Shown in pieces: positions 24,701-32,327 of a DNA stretch of 58,134 bases. The DNA is from an uncultured Candidatus Saccharibacteria bacterium (GTDB taxonomy: Bacteria; Patescibacteriota; Minisyncoccia; Phycocordibacterales; Phycocordibacteraceae), in contig CAYITJ010000001.1 in NCBI GenBank assembly GCA_964366435.1, positions 1 through 58,134 of the forward strand. The letters run 5' to 3'. A program made the position numbers and the translations under genes. How positions within the stretch are numbered: the stretch's first letter is position 1; every line of letters begins with the position of its first letter. The notes under the pieces were generated by a model. That model saw only the letters and a list, made by a program, of their open reading frames with translations. It was not told where the DNA came from and did not search any database.

Positions 24701-25845
24701 ACATTACCCCAGCACCACTTACGATTACCGCGAATGATCAGCAGCGTACGTATGGCGATGCGAACCCTACCCTGACGGTTGCATATTCTGGGTTGGTGGA
24801 TGGTGAAGATGAGGACAACAACACGTTGGGTGAAGAGTACATCGGCTATACTGTGGCAAATCAGTCCTCAAACGCGGGTACGTACAATATTGATGTAGTG
24901 GAAGATACAGGAGGTTTCGGCTTTAGTTCAATCCAGGTTGGAAATTACAACGTAACGCTTGTAAGTGGAACTCTCACCATTAACCGTGCTGACCAGGAAA
25001 TAACCTTTGACCTTCTCGCCGACATGGAGTTTGGTGACGCTGACTTTGATGTAGCGGCAACAAGCGACTCCGGTGAGGACGTAGTATTCACCGCCAGTGG
25101 CGCGTGTACTGTCTCTGGCGCAACGGTGCATCTAACCACCAAAGGCATCTGTACCATCACTGCTTCTGTGCCAGTAAGCACTAACTACAATGCAGCAGTG
25201 TCGGTGGATCAGAGCTTTGCTGTTGCAGATGTTACTGCACCGGTGATTACCCTTACGGGAGCTGCCTCTGTAACTGTCGCAACGGGCGACAGCTACGCTG
25301 ACCTAGGCGCAACCGCAACAGACGATGTAGACGGTACTATTACTTCAAGCATTGTGACTGTGAACCCAGTCAACACAGACGTGGCAGGCACCTACACAGT
25401 CACCTACAACGTCACCGACAGTGAAGGAAACGTGGCAACCGAAGCCTCTCGCACAGTCGTGGTAGAGCGACGCAGTAGCGGCGGAGGTGGTGGCTCTCGC
25501 AATACCGACACGGAAATCACTACCGGTGGTGGACGTGTTCTTGGAGCAGCGCTCTACTTCTTCGCAACAGACCTCACCATTGGGTCTACCGGTGCGGACG
25601 TGATGGAGCTTCAGAAGATTCTTATTGAGGCTGGCTACCTAAAGATTGCAGCACCTACCGGATACTTTGGTCCAATGACAGCGGCTGCGGTGAAGCTGTA
25701 CCAGGCAGCAAACGGAATTCAGACAACAGGATACGTTGGCCCGCTCACACGCGCAGCGCTTAATCAGGGAAGCGCACCTAAGACCGTGGAGGAGCAGATT
25801 GCAGACTTGATGGCGCAGTTGAAGGCGCTTCAGGCCCAGCAGTAG
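21727..25845 (+). CDS. giant secreted or cell-wall-associated protein: cadherin/Ig-like N-domain, beta-helix-like region, multiple MBG (YDG/GNY) repeats, DUF5011-like Ig domain, and a C-terminal peptidoglycan-binding domain
   Basis: The signal/TM segment reads FAFLATALLFSAGPGVAFA. KVYDGTTDA...AGNYxxT units repeat. The DUF5011-like part reads DVTAPVITLTG..VDGTITSSI. The PG_binding_1-like part reads GADVMELQKILIEAGYL..GPMTAAAVKLYQAANG. Confidence 0.85.
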   Translation: MTISQKLTSFVRGASFAFLATALLFSAGPGVAFAAAPVALGDSYTATINTPLSVNTASGVLANDTDDLGPLAATAVVAGATSQGGVYDLSADGSFVYTPLTGFTGVDTFAYEVNDAALEGPSVASVEITVEDPSVANVDTEVELEAALANPAIETINITDDIVGITNTIVVDREVTIQGGGNTLTFSGLESATPNDEAVTIVAPATINNLVIDANLASTTSWVGTYGLQVYNSTATLSDITVTGANGGMYANNSTVVLSGTITVSGNGFGGIESSGASASLDVSGASLVNTSEAYGFPTIWEDGLTGTTVVNYGSITRITKGVQYQYYLSDENSKIPQIITFADPVDVIYGDASSIVVAPTADSGLTVSVTTSGTCTNTDFTIDFSVVGTCTVTASQAGDSEYAPAADVVQSFAIAPRPITVLAIAADKEYDTTTSSSGVPILSGTLATGDDAVYTQTYADENVNPGITLTPLATITNGGDNVNSSYAITYMTASGSISAVSLTPTTLAASKTYDGDVDTTATPSVTPLSGDDVTATYVSATFDTKDVGTLKTVTVSGIALDGAQAGNYTLTSTTAAAQANITQALLSAEVTVDNKVYDNTTAATINGYTPVGLVGIEDVTINGGVATFDTEHVGNGKIVSVSGLNLVADSVSSNYSFTDIDITTADITERAITVTAVTDTKVYDATTASAGVPVITGLGLAAGDTTGFSQVFDDVEAGTGKTLSAEGAVNDGNNGDNYAVTLATALGTVTKAPLTITADNKTKVYGTANPIATATYTGFMGGEDESVLDTDVTLVIVANSQTDVNNHPITAFGAADDNYAITHVNGNLEITKLPITALVVADDKVYDGTTDADVALTLDGVLFADVVTVSNTGADFDTQDVGTLKTVTASGITLGGADAGNYSITATATDTADITVAPLSVTALPATKVYGDSDPEFFYTSTGLMAGDSFAGALGRTVDEGEDVGFYAIDEGSLDAGSNYGPVVFTSANLDITPAPLTITANDQQRTYGDANPTLTVAYSGLVDGEDEDNNTLGEEYIGYTVANQSSNAGTYNIDVVEDTGGFGFSSIQVGNYNVTLVSGTLTINRADQEITFDLLADMEFGDADFDVAATSDSGEDVVFTASGACTVSGATVHLTTKGICTITASVPVSTNYNAAVSVDQSFAVADVTAPVITLTGAASVTVATGDSYADLGATATDDVDGTITSSIVTVNPVNTDVAGTYTVTYNVTDSEGNVATEASRTVVVERRSSGGGGGSRNTDTEITTGGGRVLGAALYFFATDLTIGSTGADVMELQKILIEAGYLKIAAPTGYFGPMTAAAVKLYQAANGIQTTGYVGPLTRAALNQGSAPKTVEEQIADLMAQLKALQAQQ

Positions 25846-25870
25846 CTCTCCGCAGTTAGTCGCGTGAAGC

Positions 25871-25897
25871 AAAGCGCCCGCGAAAGCGGGCGCTTTG
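25871..25897 (+). terminator. intrinsic terminator
   Basis: The hairpin agcgcccgc-gaaa-gcgggcgct is followed by a T-rich run. Confidence 0.65.
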
Positions 25898-25919
25898 TGC
25901 GTGCTACCATTACCTCTAT

Positions 25920-26396
25920 ATGACGACACTGCGAATCCTCGGTATCTTTCTCATCTGTGTTGCTGCGTCGCTTCTAGCGGGCTTCTGGGGCTCTACAGGC
26001 ACCGTAGGGAGCATTGCCGGTTGGTACTCCACCATCAATAAGCCGTTCTGGACACCGCCGAACTGGGTGTTCATGCCAGTGTGGACCCTACTCTTCATTC
26101 TTATGGGCTCTGCCGCAGCGCTTGTGTGGAAGACAGGCAAGAAAGGAGTATGGATGCCGGTGCTCTTTTTCTTCGTGCACCTCGTGGTGAATACGTACTG
26201 GTCTATCGCTTTCTTTAGTAATCAAGATGCAGTCGCTGCTCTCTACGTCATTGCTGTATTGTGGCTCATGATTGTCGGCATGATGGTGTGGTTCTGGCGC
26301 TACTCGCGCCTCGCCACGTACTTGCTCGTGCCGTACCTACTGTGGGTGAGCTACGCCAGCACGCTTAACCTGGGCATCGTACTTCTTAATCCATAA
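25920..26396 (+). CDS. tspO: TspO/MBR family tryptophan-rich sensory protein
   Basis: It carries WYSTINKPFWTPPNWVFMPVWTLLFILMG and has five TM segments. Confidence 0.85.
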   Translation: MTTLRILGIFLICVAASLLAGFWGSTGTVGSIAGWYSTINKPFWTPPNWVFMPVWTLLFILMGSAAALVWKTGKKGVWMPVLFFFVHLVVNTYWSIAFFSNQDAVAALYVIAVLWLMIVGMMVWFWRYSRLATYLLVPYLLWVSYASTLNLGIVLLNP

Positions 26397-26401
26397 ATCC
26401 T

Positions 26402-26806
26402 ATGCGCTACCTAAAACTGTTTGCCATTACGCTTCCTATTGGACTTGTATTAGACCTTATCTGGATTGTGGGCATTGCTATGCCGTTCTATCAGGCTGAG
26501 TTGGGAGAACTCCTTGCCAAAGACGTTGTCTGGCCTGCGGCAATTGCGTTCTATGTGTTCTACATCATTGCGCTTATGGTGTTTGTGTTAAAGCCGGCAA
26601 TCATTGCCCACTCACTGAAGAAGGCAGTGCTGCTTGGCGCCTTCTTTGGGTTCACGGCGTACATGACCTACGACCTCACCAACCTTGCTACAACGGCGGG
26701 GTGGTCGCTCACGGTAGCAGTGGTAGATATGATTTGGGGCACCGTGTTCACGGCAGTACTCTCAGGTATTGCATACCTTGTCGCTACGAAGTGGCTCAAG
26801 ATGTAG
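26402..26806 (+). CDS. DUF2177-family membrane protein
   Basis: It carries LDLIWIVGIAMPFY and MTYDLTNLATTAGWSLTVAVVDMIWGT. Confidence 0.7.
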   Translation: MRYLKLFAITLPIGLVLDLIWIVGIAMPFYQAELGELLAKDVVWPAAIAFYVFYIIALMVFVLKPAIIAHSLKKAVLLGAFFGFTAYMTYDLTNLATTAGWSLTVAVVDMIWGTVFTAVLSGIAYLVATKWLKM

Positions 26807-26825
26807 TGAGCAGTAAGGAAGAATA

Positions 26826-26860
26826 AAAAGACGGGCGGCCTTTGGCCGCCCGTTGTCGTT
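26826..26860. terminator. bidirectional terminator between convergent genes
   Basis: acgggcggcc / ggccgcccgt form a 10-bp stem flanked by A-rich and T-rich tracts. Confidence 0.65.
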
Positions 26861-26871
26861 TCCGTCCCGTT

Positions 26872-27159
26872 TCAGTCAGGCTGCTTTCGGTAGCCGTCCC
26901 AGACAATCTTGCCCCGATTGGTGGGGTGACGTAGATCAGGCGCGGGTACCGGCGCGGTGGCAGCGACAGGCTTTCTGTCCTTGATCGCCTTCAGCTCTTC
27001 CAGTTTGCGCTGACGGAGCACCTCAACCGAGACGCCAGAAGCTTGTGCTTCTGCACGTTCTTGGCGCTCATGCTCGGCTTTGATGCTCTGCTTGCGGAGC
27101 CTCGACTTGTCTAGACCCACGACCCCCTTCTTTTCTTTCCTGCCTCTCCTAACCTTCAT
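26872..27159 (-). CDS. hypothetical basic protein
   Basis: This 95-aa protein is Lys/Arg-rich and preceded by a GGAGGAAG RBS-like sequence. Confidence 0.5.
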   Translation of the reverse strand: MKVRRGRKEKKGVVGLDKSRLRKQSIKAEHERQERAEAQASGVSVEVLRQRKLEELKAIKDRKPVAATAPVPAPDLRHPTNRGKIVWDGYRKQPD

Positions 27160-27222
27160 CGCTTCCTCCCAATACCGAACCTAGGGATAGTGCTCCTGTC
27201 TGTCGCACTCTGCAAGTGGTAG

Positions 27223-28287
27223 CTACTTGCCCTGTCCGTAGTACTTCTTCAAAAGACGCACATGTTCTTTGTAGTTCTCAGTGCAGTGGAAATTGCCGCG
27301 CGCGTCATGGAAATAGAAGATGCAGTCGGTGTTCTTTGGGTTAAGTGCTGCGAGCACCGCCGCCATGGATGGCGTTGCGATAGGACCAGGGGGAAGTCCC
27401 TTGTTTTGGTAGGTGTTGTATGCGGACTTTATGTACTTGTCTGCCGGCACGGGCACGGGCCACCAGGTCTTGGTGGTGCCTTTGTTTGCTTTTGCGTACT
27501 GGAGTGTCGCGTCAATCTGCAGGTTCATGCCCATCCACAAACGGTTCCAGATAATGCCAGAAATGATGCGCATCTCTCCAGGGTCGCGCGTTTCTTTCTG
27601 TAGGAGGGAGGCGATGGTGAGCGCGTCGTCCAGTGGGAGAATCTCCTCAGTCTCTATGCTGTAGCGAGCGACAATTTCCTTTTGAAAACGCTCATGTAAC
27701 ATAATCTGCACATCAGCCGGCGTCATAAGACTGCGCACTGCATAGGTGCCAGGCACAATCTGGCCCTCGGTGAGTATTGGCTCCACAGTGCGCAGCTGCT
27801 TCAGAAAGAGTGTTTTCTGTGCCGTGTTCCAGCCTAGCTGCTTTGCAAACACCGTCGCTACTTCTTCTTGGCGGTAGCCTGCGCGTACCGTCACAATGCC
27901 GCTAGCCCCCACGCTTGCAAGCGACTGATGAATAGGAAGCTCGGAAATATACTCAGCAAGACGAGTAATAAGTCCGCCTGCGGTAATGGCTGCCGCCTGC
28001 AGTGAGTTAGTGTGAAGCGTGAGCATCTCCTCTACCTTCGGGTCTTCTACAATCTTTTGCTCCTCGGGGTAGACCGTAATAGGGAATGCGGGCTGCACCG
28101 GCTGTAGAGAGGCCCAGTGCACGTCCATGGAAATGGCCGTAGGAAGTGCGAAGAACGACGCAACAAAAGCCAAAGAGACTGCAAGCAAAGAGCCCGCCGT
28201 AGTAAGTCGTGCGGTGAGGGATGATTGTCGCGCACCAGCTCGTGGCTTTGGGTGCGGCATCAGTTGCTTCATGGAGAAATTGGCCAC
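27223..28287 (-). CDS. mltG: endolytic murein transglycosylase MltG (YceG-like)
   Basis: It has an N-terminal TM segment, then YNTYQNKGLPPGPIATPSMAAVLAALNP and IFYFHD. Confidence 0.85.
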   Translation of the reverse strand: MANFSMKQLMPHPKPRAGARQSSLTARLTTAGSLLAVSLAFVASFFALPTAISMDVHWASLQPVQPAFPITVYPEEQKIVEDPKVEEMLTLHTNSLQAAAITAGGLITRLAEYISELPIHQSLASVGASGIVTVRAGYRQEEVATVFAKQLGWNTAQKTLFLKQLRTVEPILTEGQIVPGTYAVRSLMTPADVQIMLHERFQKEIVARYSIETEEILPLDDALTIASLLQKETRDPGEMRIISGIIWNRLWMGMNLQIDATLQYAKANKGTTKTWWPVPVPADKYIKSAYNTYQNKGLPPGPIATPSMAAVLAALNPKNTDCIFYFHDARGNFHCTENYKEHVRLLKKYYGQGK

Positions 28288-28403
28288 TCTCCCATTTTAG
28301 CCTACAAAAGCCCGGTGTGAATCACCTGGGCCGTACAACATTTGTGGAAAGTGCATAACGTAGGTAGACATGCCAAGCGGTTCAATGCTACGGTGCGAGA
28401 AGC

Positions 28404-28964
28404 ATGACCCGCGACAAGGCGCCAAAAGCTCCAAAAGCTATTCTCCCACCCACCCCCGTAGAGCGCGCCGTCGCTCTTATCGGTTCTGTGTATTCGCTCG
28501 GTGTTCACACGGTGGTGTTTGTGGGCTTTTTTGTAAGTGCGTTCATTGGTCTCTTGGAGTGGGAGATTATGTTGCTCGTGCTTACTACGATTGTCTCCCT
28601 TGAAGCAATCTATCTTTCACTTTTGATTCAGATCACGGTGAACCGCCACACGGCAAGCCTCAAGGAAGTGGAGGAGGATATCGAGGAGATTAGTGAGGAC
28701 TTGGAGGAACTCGGAGAGGACATGGAGGACATCCAGGAGGATATCGAGGAAATCACCGAGGATATTGAGGGTATCAGTGAGGACATTGATGAAATTCAGG
28801 AGGACGTGGAGGAATTGAACGAGGAGGACCAAGCGGACGCAGATCGCGCTGCACGTACCAAGAGTGTGGGCAAGAAGCCAACAAAGGCAGAGGCGCTAGA
28901 GCAGCTTTCTCGCGATGTAGCGCGCGTATTGGAGGACCTGGAAGCCCTTAAAAAATCTAAATAG
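28404..28964 (+). CDS. DUF1003-like membrane protein with an acidic heptad-repeat tail
   Basis: Two TM segments carry SLEAIYLSLLIQITVNRH. About eight EDIEEIx heptads follow. Confidence 0.65.
   Translation: MTRDKAPKAPKAILPPTPVERAVALIGSVYSLGVHTVVFVGFFVSAFIGLLEWEIMLLVLTTIVSLEAIYLSLLIQITVNRHTASLKEVEEDIEEISEDLEELGEDMEDIQEDIEEITEDIEGISEDIDEIQEDVEELNEEDQADADRAARTKSVGKKPTKAEALEQLSRDVARVLEDLEALKKSK
28665..28830 (+). repeat. in-frame 21-nt tandem repeats (acidic heptads)
   Basis: gaggatatcgaggagattagt-type units encode EDIEEISEDLEELGEDMEDIQEDIEEITEDIEGISEDIDEIQEDVEEL. Confidence 0.7.
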
Positions 28965-29008
28965 TTGATAAGTCCGTTCGTGGTTTTATTCTGTCGTACC
29001 ATTTATGT

Positions 29009-29692
29009 ATGGACGCACGGAGACTTGCAAAGAAAGACGGAGCCCGTCAACTTAGGGCTCGTGGATACTCCTTTCTTGAAATTGCGCAGCAACCTGATGT
29101 ACAAGTACCTCGATCAACTGTTGTGAGTTGGTGTGCTGGTGTAGCCATGACTGAACCGGGATTAAGTCGTCATAGGAGAGTGGTCGCTGAACGGCTACTG
29201 GTAGCTCAAAAGAACTCCGCAGCAAGTAAAAAGTCGGAAAGGTTGTCTCGAGTCAGTGCTGCCGAGAGTCGGGCCATTAGCTCTGGCCCATTTATGGATA
29301 CTCTTGCTTCAAAGAAGGCCATTCTGGGCGCACTGTACCTGGCCGAAGGAACGAAGGGGCACAGAGGCGGTCCTACCTTTGGAAATTCCGACCCGGAAAT
29401 TATTAGATTGTATCTTAGGCTGCTTAGAGAGTGCTTTGTCCTAGATGAAGGCAAATTTCGCTGTACACTCCAAGCCCGAGCCGGACAGGATATAGACTCT
29501 CTCGAGGAATTCTGGTTAAGGGAGACAGGAATTCCTCGCGCACAGCTCTATAAAGCGCGCATAGACGCTAGAGGTGGTGGACAGTTGGTCAGAAAGCCAG
29601 ACTATAAAGGAGTGTGCAGAATAGATTACTTCGATGCTAATTTGTTGTACGAAATATCAGCTATTGGTAGGATTCTTGTACAGGGCCCATAG
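29009..29692 (+). CDS. resolvase-type HTH plus a single-LAGLIDADG-like homing-endonuclease-like protein
   Basis: The HTH reads LRARGYSFLEIAQQPDVQVPRSTVVSW. The motif ILGALYLAEGTKG is LAGLIDADG-like. The stop codon lies inside the tRNA-Ala(GGC) gene, a 10-nt overlap. Confidence 0.5.
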   Translation: MDARRLAKKDGARQLRARGYSFLEIAQQPDVQVPRSTVVSWCAGVAMTEPGLSRHRRVVAERLLVAQKNSAASKKSERLSRVSAAESRAISSGPFMDTLASKKAILGALYLAEGTKGHRGGPTFGNSDPEIIRLYLRLLRECFVLDEGKFRCTLQARAGQDIDSLEEFWLRETGIPRAQLYKARIDARGGGQLVRKPDYKGVCRIDYFDANLLYEISAIGRILVQGP

Positions 29693-29755
29693 CTCATCTG
29701 GTAGAGCGCGCGGATGGCATTCGCGAGGCGACCGGTTCAAGTCCGGTTGGGTCCA
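29683..29755 (+). tRNA. tRNA-Ala (anticodon GGC)
   Basis: It folds as a 73-nt cloverleaf. The anticodon loop is atggcat, the G3:U70 pair is present, the T-loop is ttcaagt, and no CCA is encoded. Confidence 0.95.
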
Positions 29756-29903
29756 CATAAATGCAAAAAGGCCCGAACGCGGAGGTTAATCTCGGTCCGG
29801 GCCATACTCGTCACGCTGGCCTGTCAGACTAGAATGTGTATTGCATATTTCGTAAATATGTGACATAGTTATTTTGGTTCAAATCGCCCATCAGGAGGGC
29901 TCG

Positions 29904-30554
29904 ATGCTAGATCTTCGTAGTAATTTCACCGTGGGTAACGGCAAAGTCTTTACTGGCGGGCTCGTTTATGTCCGTTCCGGCGACCCCGCCATGTCGATTT
30001 CCCGTCGCCGACACTATCAGGAGCGTGACGGGCTCGCGGTCTGGCATCCGGGGCTGCAGCGTTTCGGAAAAATGAGCGGAGTCACTGCGCTCGTTACGAA
30101 GCGAGGCAATCTCTCAGTTCGGGATGCCGGCGGACGTGTCCTTTCCACGCTCACCGGCACAGACGCCATTTCGGTGACCGTGCACCAAGGCTTCATCGCG
30201 TCCAACGGGTATGTCGGCACGACAAACGGTGAATCCTCGGTCGAGGCCATGGTGAAAGATCGGGAGGAACGCATCTGCGCCGCCATAGACAGGGCGGAAT
30301 CGGGTGAACATCCCGGTCACGTCGACAACTCCCCGTTCACGAAAGTCACGAGCGAGTTCGAGCCACACCAACGAGTGATCATCATCACGCCAATGCTGTC
30401 CAACAAGGACGGCGAAGTGAGCATGATCTATGACCTCGCCGGGAATCGCTTCGCTTCGGTCACCCACTATCCACTGCGCGCCAGTAAGTGGGACCCGGAG
30501 CACGAGTGGGCCAGGTACAGCAGGTCCGACTCGCATGTCACTTCGGCTGCCTGA
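29904..30554 (+). CDS. hypothetical protein (high-GC orphan)
   Basis: AGGAGG lies 5 nt upstream of the ATG at 29904. A terminator follows at 30591-30624. No motif was recognised. The antisense ORF 30114..30566 is judged an artefact. Confidence 0.5.
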   Translation: MLDLRSNFTVGNGKVFTGGLVYVRSGDPAMSISRRRHYQERDGLAVWHPGLQRFGKMSGVTALVTKRGNLSVRDAGGRVLSTLTGTDAISVTVHQGFIASNGYVGTTNGESSVEAMVKDREERICAAIDRAESGEHPGHVDNSPFTKVTSEFEPHQRVIIITPMLSNKDGEVSMIYDLAGNRFASVTHYPLRASKWDPEHEWARYSRSDSHVTSAA

Positions 30555-30590
30555 CAACCAGTTCACCCGGACTAAGCAGACCTACTGCTT

Positions 30591-30624
30591 CCCGCCACGT
30601 CGCAAGACCTCTGGCGGGTTTTTC
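30591..30624 (+). terminator. intrinsic terminator
   Basis: The stem cccgcca...tggcggg is followed by TTTTT. Confidence 0.55.
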
Positions 30625-30640
30625 TTATACTTCCGTATTC

Positions 30641-31477
30641 CTAACTCCCAATTAAGTGAATGATTTCGTAAAAGCCGTAGAGACCAAGTCCCACGAAAGC
30701 GAGCGCACCAATAAGTGCAATAACCGGTAGCTTTACCAGCTTGATGGTCTTTTCTGGGTTGATGTAGAGGAGAATGTTTAGAATCATGTGGCCCAAGAAT
30801 ACGCCGATGCCGAAGCCGAACACGTTAATCACGGAGAAGAGCGGCACGTAGCCTGCAAAGTCGTCTAATCCGAGGATAAACGGCACTGAGAATGCAAAGG
30901 CAAAGAGTCCCCAGAATGTGGTGAACGCAGCAGCCTTCATACCCCCGTGCGGAAGAATTTTCCCGAGGAGTGGGTGGGTGAACTTGTTGAAGAAGTGCAG
31001 TGCCTTCTCTAGTTTGTGCACAATCTGCATGAACCACTTCGGATGGTTCTTTGCGTCGTGTGCGTGTTCTAGCGAATCCTCGGCCAATTTAAAGAGCACA
31101 ATGGCTGCAATAAAGAGCATGGCAATAAGGAGCCACTGAATCTCCTTGAAGAAAGTCCAGATAAGGAGAATGGCCATCGTTCCCGCTGCGTTTCCTGCAG
31201 CAGACCCAAGCTCAATAGAAATGCGACCCTTCATGCCTGGGTTCTTGTGCATCAAATTACCAATGAAAATAGCAAAATCAATCGCGGTCTTTAGATAGAT
31301 GGTAAGACCAATCAGAATATCAACGGGGTTAATCTTGAGCGCTATGTCCTCCACGGTGAAGTGGTTTAGAATCACGATTTCTAGGTAGAGAAGCGCGGAC
31401 AGTACCACAAACGCCACAACTGTGAGCGCAAGAGGAATTGCTTGGGTTTTGAGGAAGGATTCTTTGTGTGAAGTCAT
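30641..31477 (-). CDS. integral membrane protein, family not recognised
   Basis: This 278-aa protein has about 7-8 hydrophobic segments. Confidence 0.65.
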   Translation of the reverse strand: MTSHKESFLKTQAIPLALTVVAFVVLSALLYLEIVILNHFTVEDIALKINPVDILIGLTIYLKTAIDFAIFIGNLMHKNPGMKGRISIELGSAAGNAAGTMAILLIWTFFKEIQWLLIAMLFIAAIVLFKLAEDSLEHAHDAKNHPKWFMQIVHKLEKALHFFNKFTHPLLGKILPHGGMKAAAFTTFWGLFAFAFSVPFILGLDDFAGYVPLFSVINVFGFGIGVFLGHMILNILLYINPEKTIKLVKLPVIALIGALAFVGLGLYGFYEIIHLIGS

Positions 31478-31588
31478 GATGTGTTTTGGATACTATACCG
31501 CACAGCTCATCAGCTTTACATTGGTGGGGATATTTCTTATGGTGCGTTAGTACACACCGCGTGTACGAATCAAGAAGGGGGAAGGCAC

Positions 31589-31897
31589 ATGCCTGACATT
31601 CTTACTCACCCGGGAACATGGACGGCACTCGCTATTCTGTTCATCTTCGCCGTTATGGGCACTGGCCTGTACTTCATCACGAAGGACCCGTGTCCGGGAT
31701 GTGGTCAGCGGCGCCATACTGTCGACAACAAAAAGGTGGTCTGTATGGCCAACCTCAAGAACGGTGGTCAGTGGATCACATTCGACGTTCGAGTGCTGAA
31801 GTGTAGGAAACCTGACTGCACTGCCCCCGCGGAAGAGAGCCCGCTTCCTCCACGACCAGCAACTGATGAAGAAATCACTGCAGAGCTGCTGCGGTGA
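31589..31897 (+). CDS. small membrane-anchored zinc-ribbon-like protein
   Basis: The start is set at the ATG at 31589, after a purine-rich gaagggggaagg. It has the TM segment WTALAILFIFAVMGTGLYFI, then CPGC...C..CRKPDC. Confidence 0.5.
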   Translation: MPDILTHPGTWTALAILFIFAVMGTGLYFITKDPCPGCGQRRHTVDNKKVVCMANLKNGGQWITFDVRVLKCRKPDCTAPAEESPLPPRPATDEEITAELLR

Positions 31898-31961
31898 GCA
31901 CATGGCCAGATGAGCTACAACAGCCGGCACCGGGGCAGCGCCCCGGGAGCCGGTTTTCCTA

Positions 31962-31990
31962 TTGACAAATACGAGGAACTAGCGTATTAT
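31962..31990 (+). promoter_or_regulatory. sigma70-like promoter (TTGACA-17 nt-TATTAT)
   Basis: TTGACA lies at 31962-31967 and TATTAT at 31985-31990, downstream of a GC hairpin terminator. Confidence 0.5.
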
Positions 31991-32021
31991 GTATGTAACC
32001 TCGTTGAATAGGAGATTCAAT

Positions 32022-32201
32022 ATGAACTGGGGTCTGTTCATTCCTGCGTGCATATCGGCCGTGGCGACCGTATTGGGCTCAGGGTTCCTGGCCAACGCTC
32101 TTCAGAAACTGAGCGAAAACAAGAAGGTACATTTCCTTGATGCCTTCTTGGGAATCTATCTGGTCGTTGGTGCCATCATCCTGGCCATCTTCGCAGCCTG
32201 A
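32022..32201 (+). CDS. small two-TM protein upstream of the atp operon (AtpI/AtpZ-like position, speculative)
   Basis: This 59-aa protein has an AGGAG RBS 7 nt upstream. Its sequence is MNWGLFIPACISAVATVLGSGFLANAL..LGIYLVVGAIILAIFAA. Confidence 0.45.
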   Translation: MNWGLFIPACISAVATVLGSGFLANALQKLSENKKVHFLDAFLGIYLVVGAIILAIFAA

Positions 32202-32327
32202 AAGAACCGCTACCGCGCCTGAAGCGCCCGACTGACAACCGGGCGTTTTCCTTTGCCCATATGGAGGGGGCCTGGTAGGATAGCCGTATATGGTAGGGGT
32301 ACCGACCCGCGGGGGTCTTTTTTAGAT

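Noticed and set aside
30114-30566. A 150-aa minus-strand ORF lies opposite the high-GC orphan.
   Set aside because: GC-rich DNA yields long antisense ORFs. The plus-strand ORF has a consensus SD and a terminator in the right orientation. The strand choice is still not certain.
30556-30575. This is a possible direct repeat of the tRNA-Ala(GGC) 3' end, which would mark the end of the islet.
   Set aside because: Only about 9/12 positions match (gttcacccgg against gttcaagtccgg). That is too weak to call an att site.
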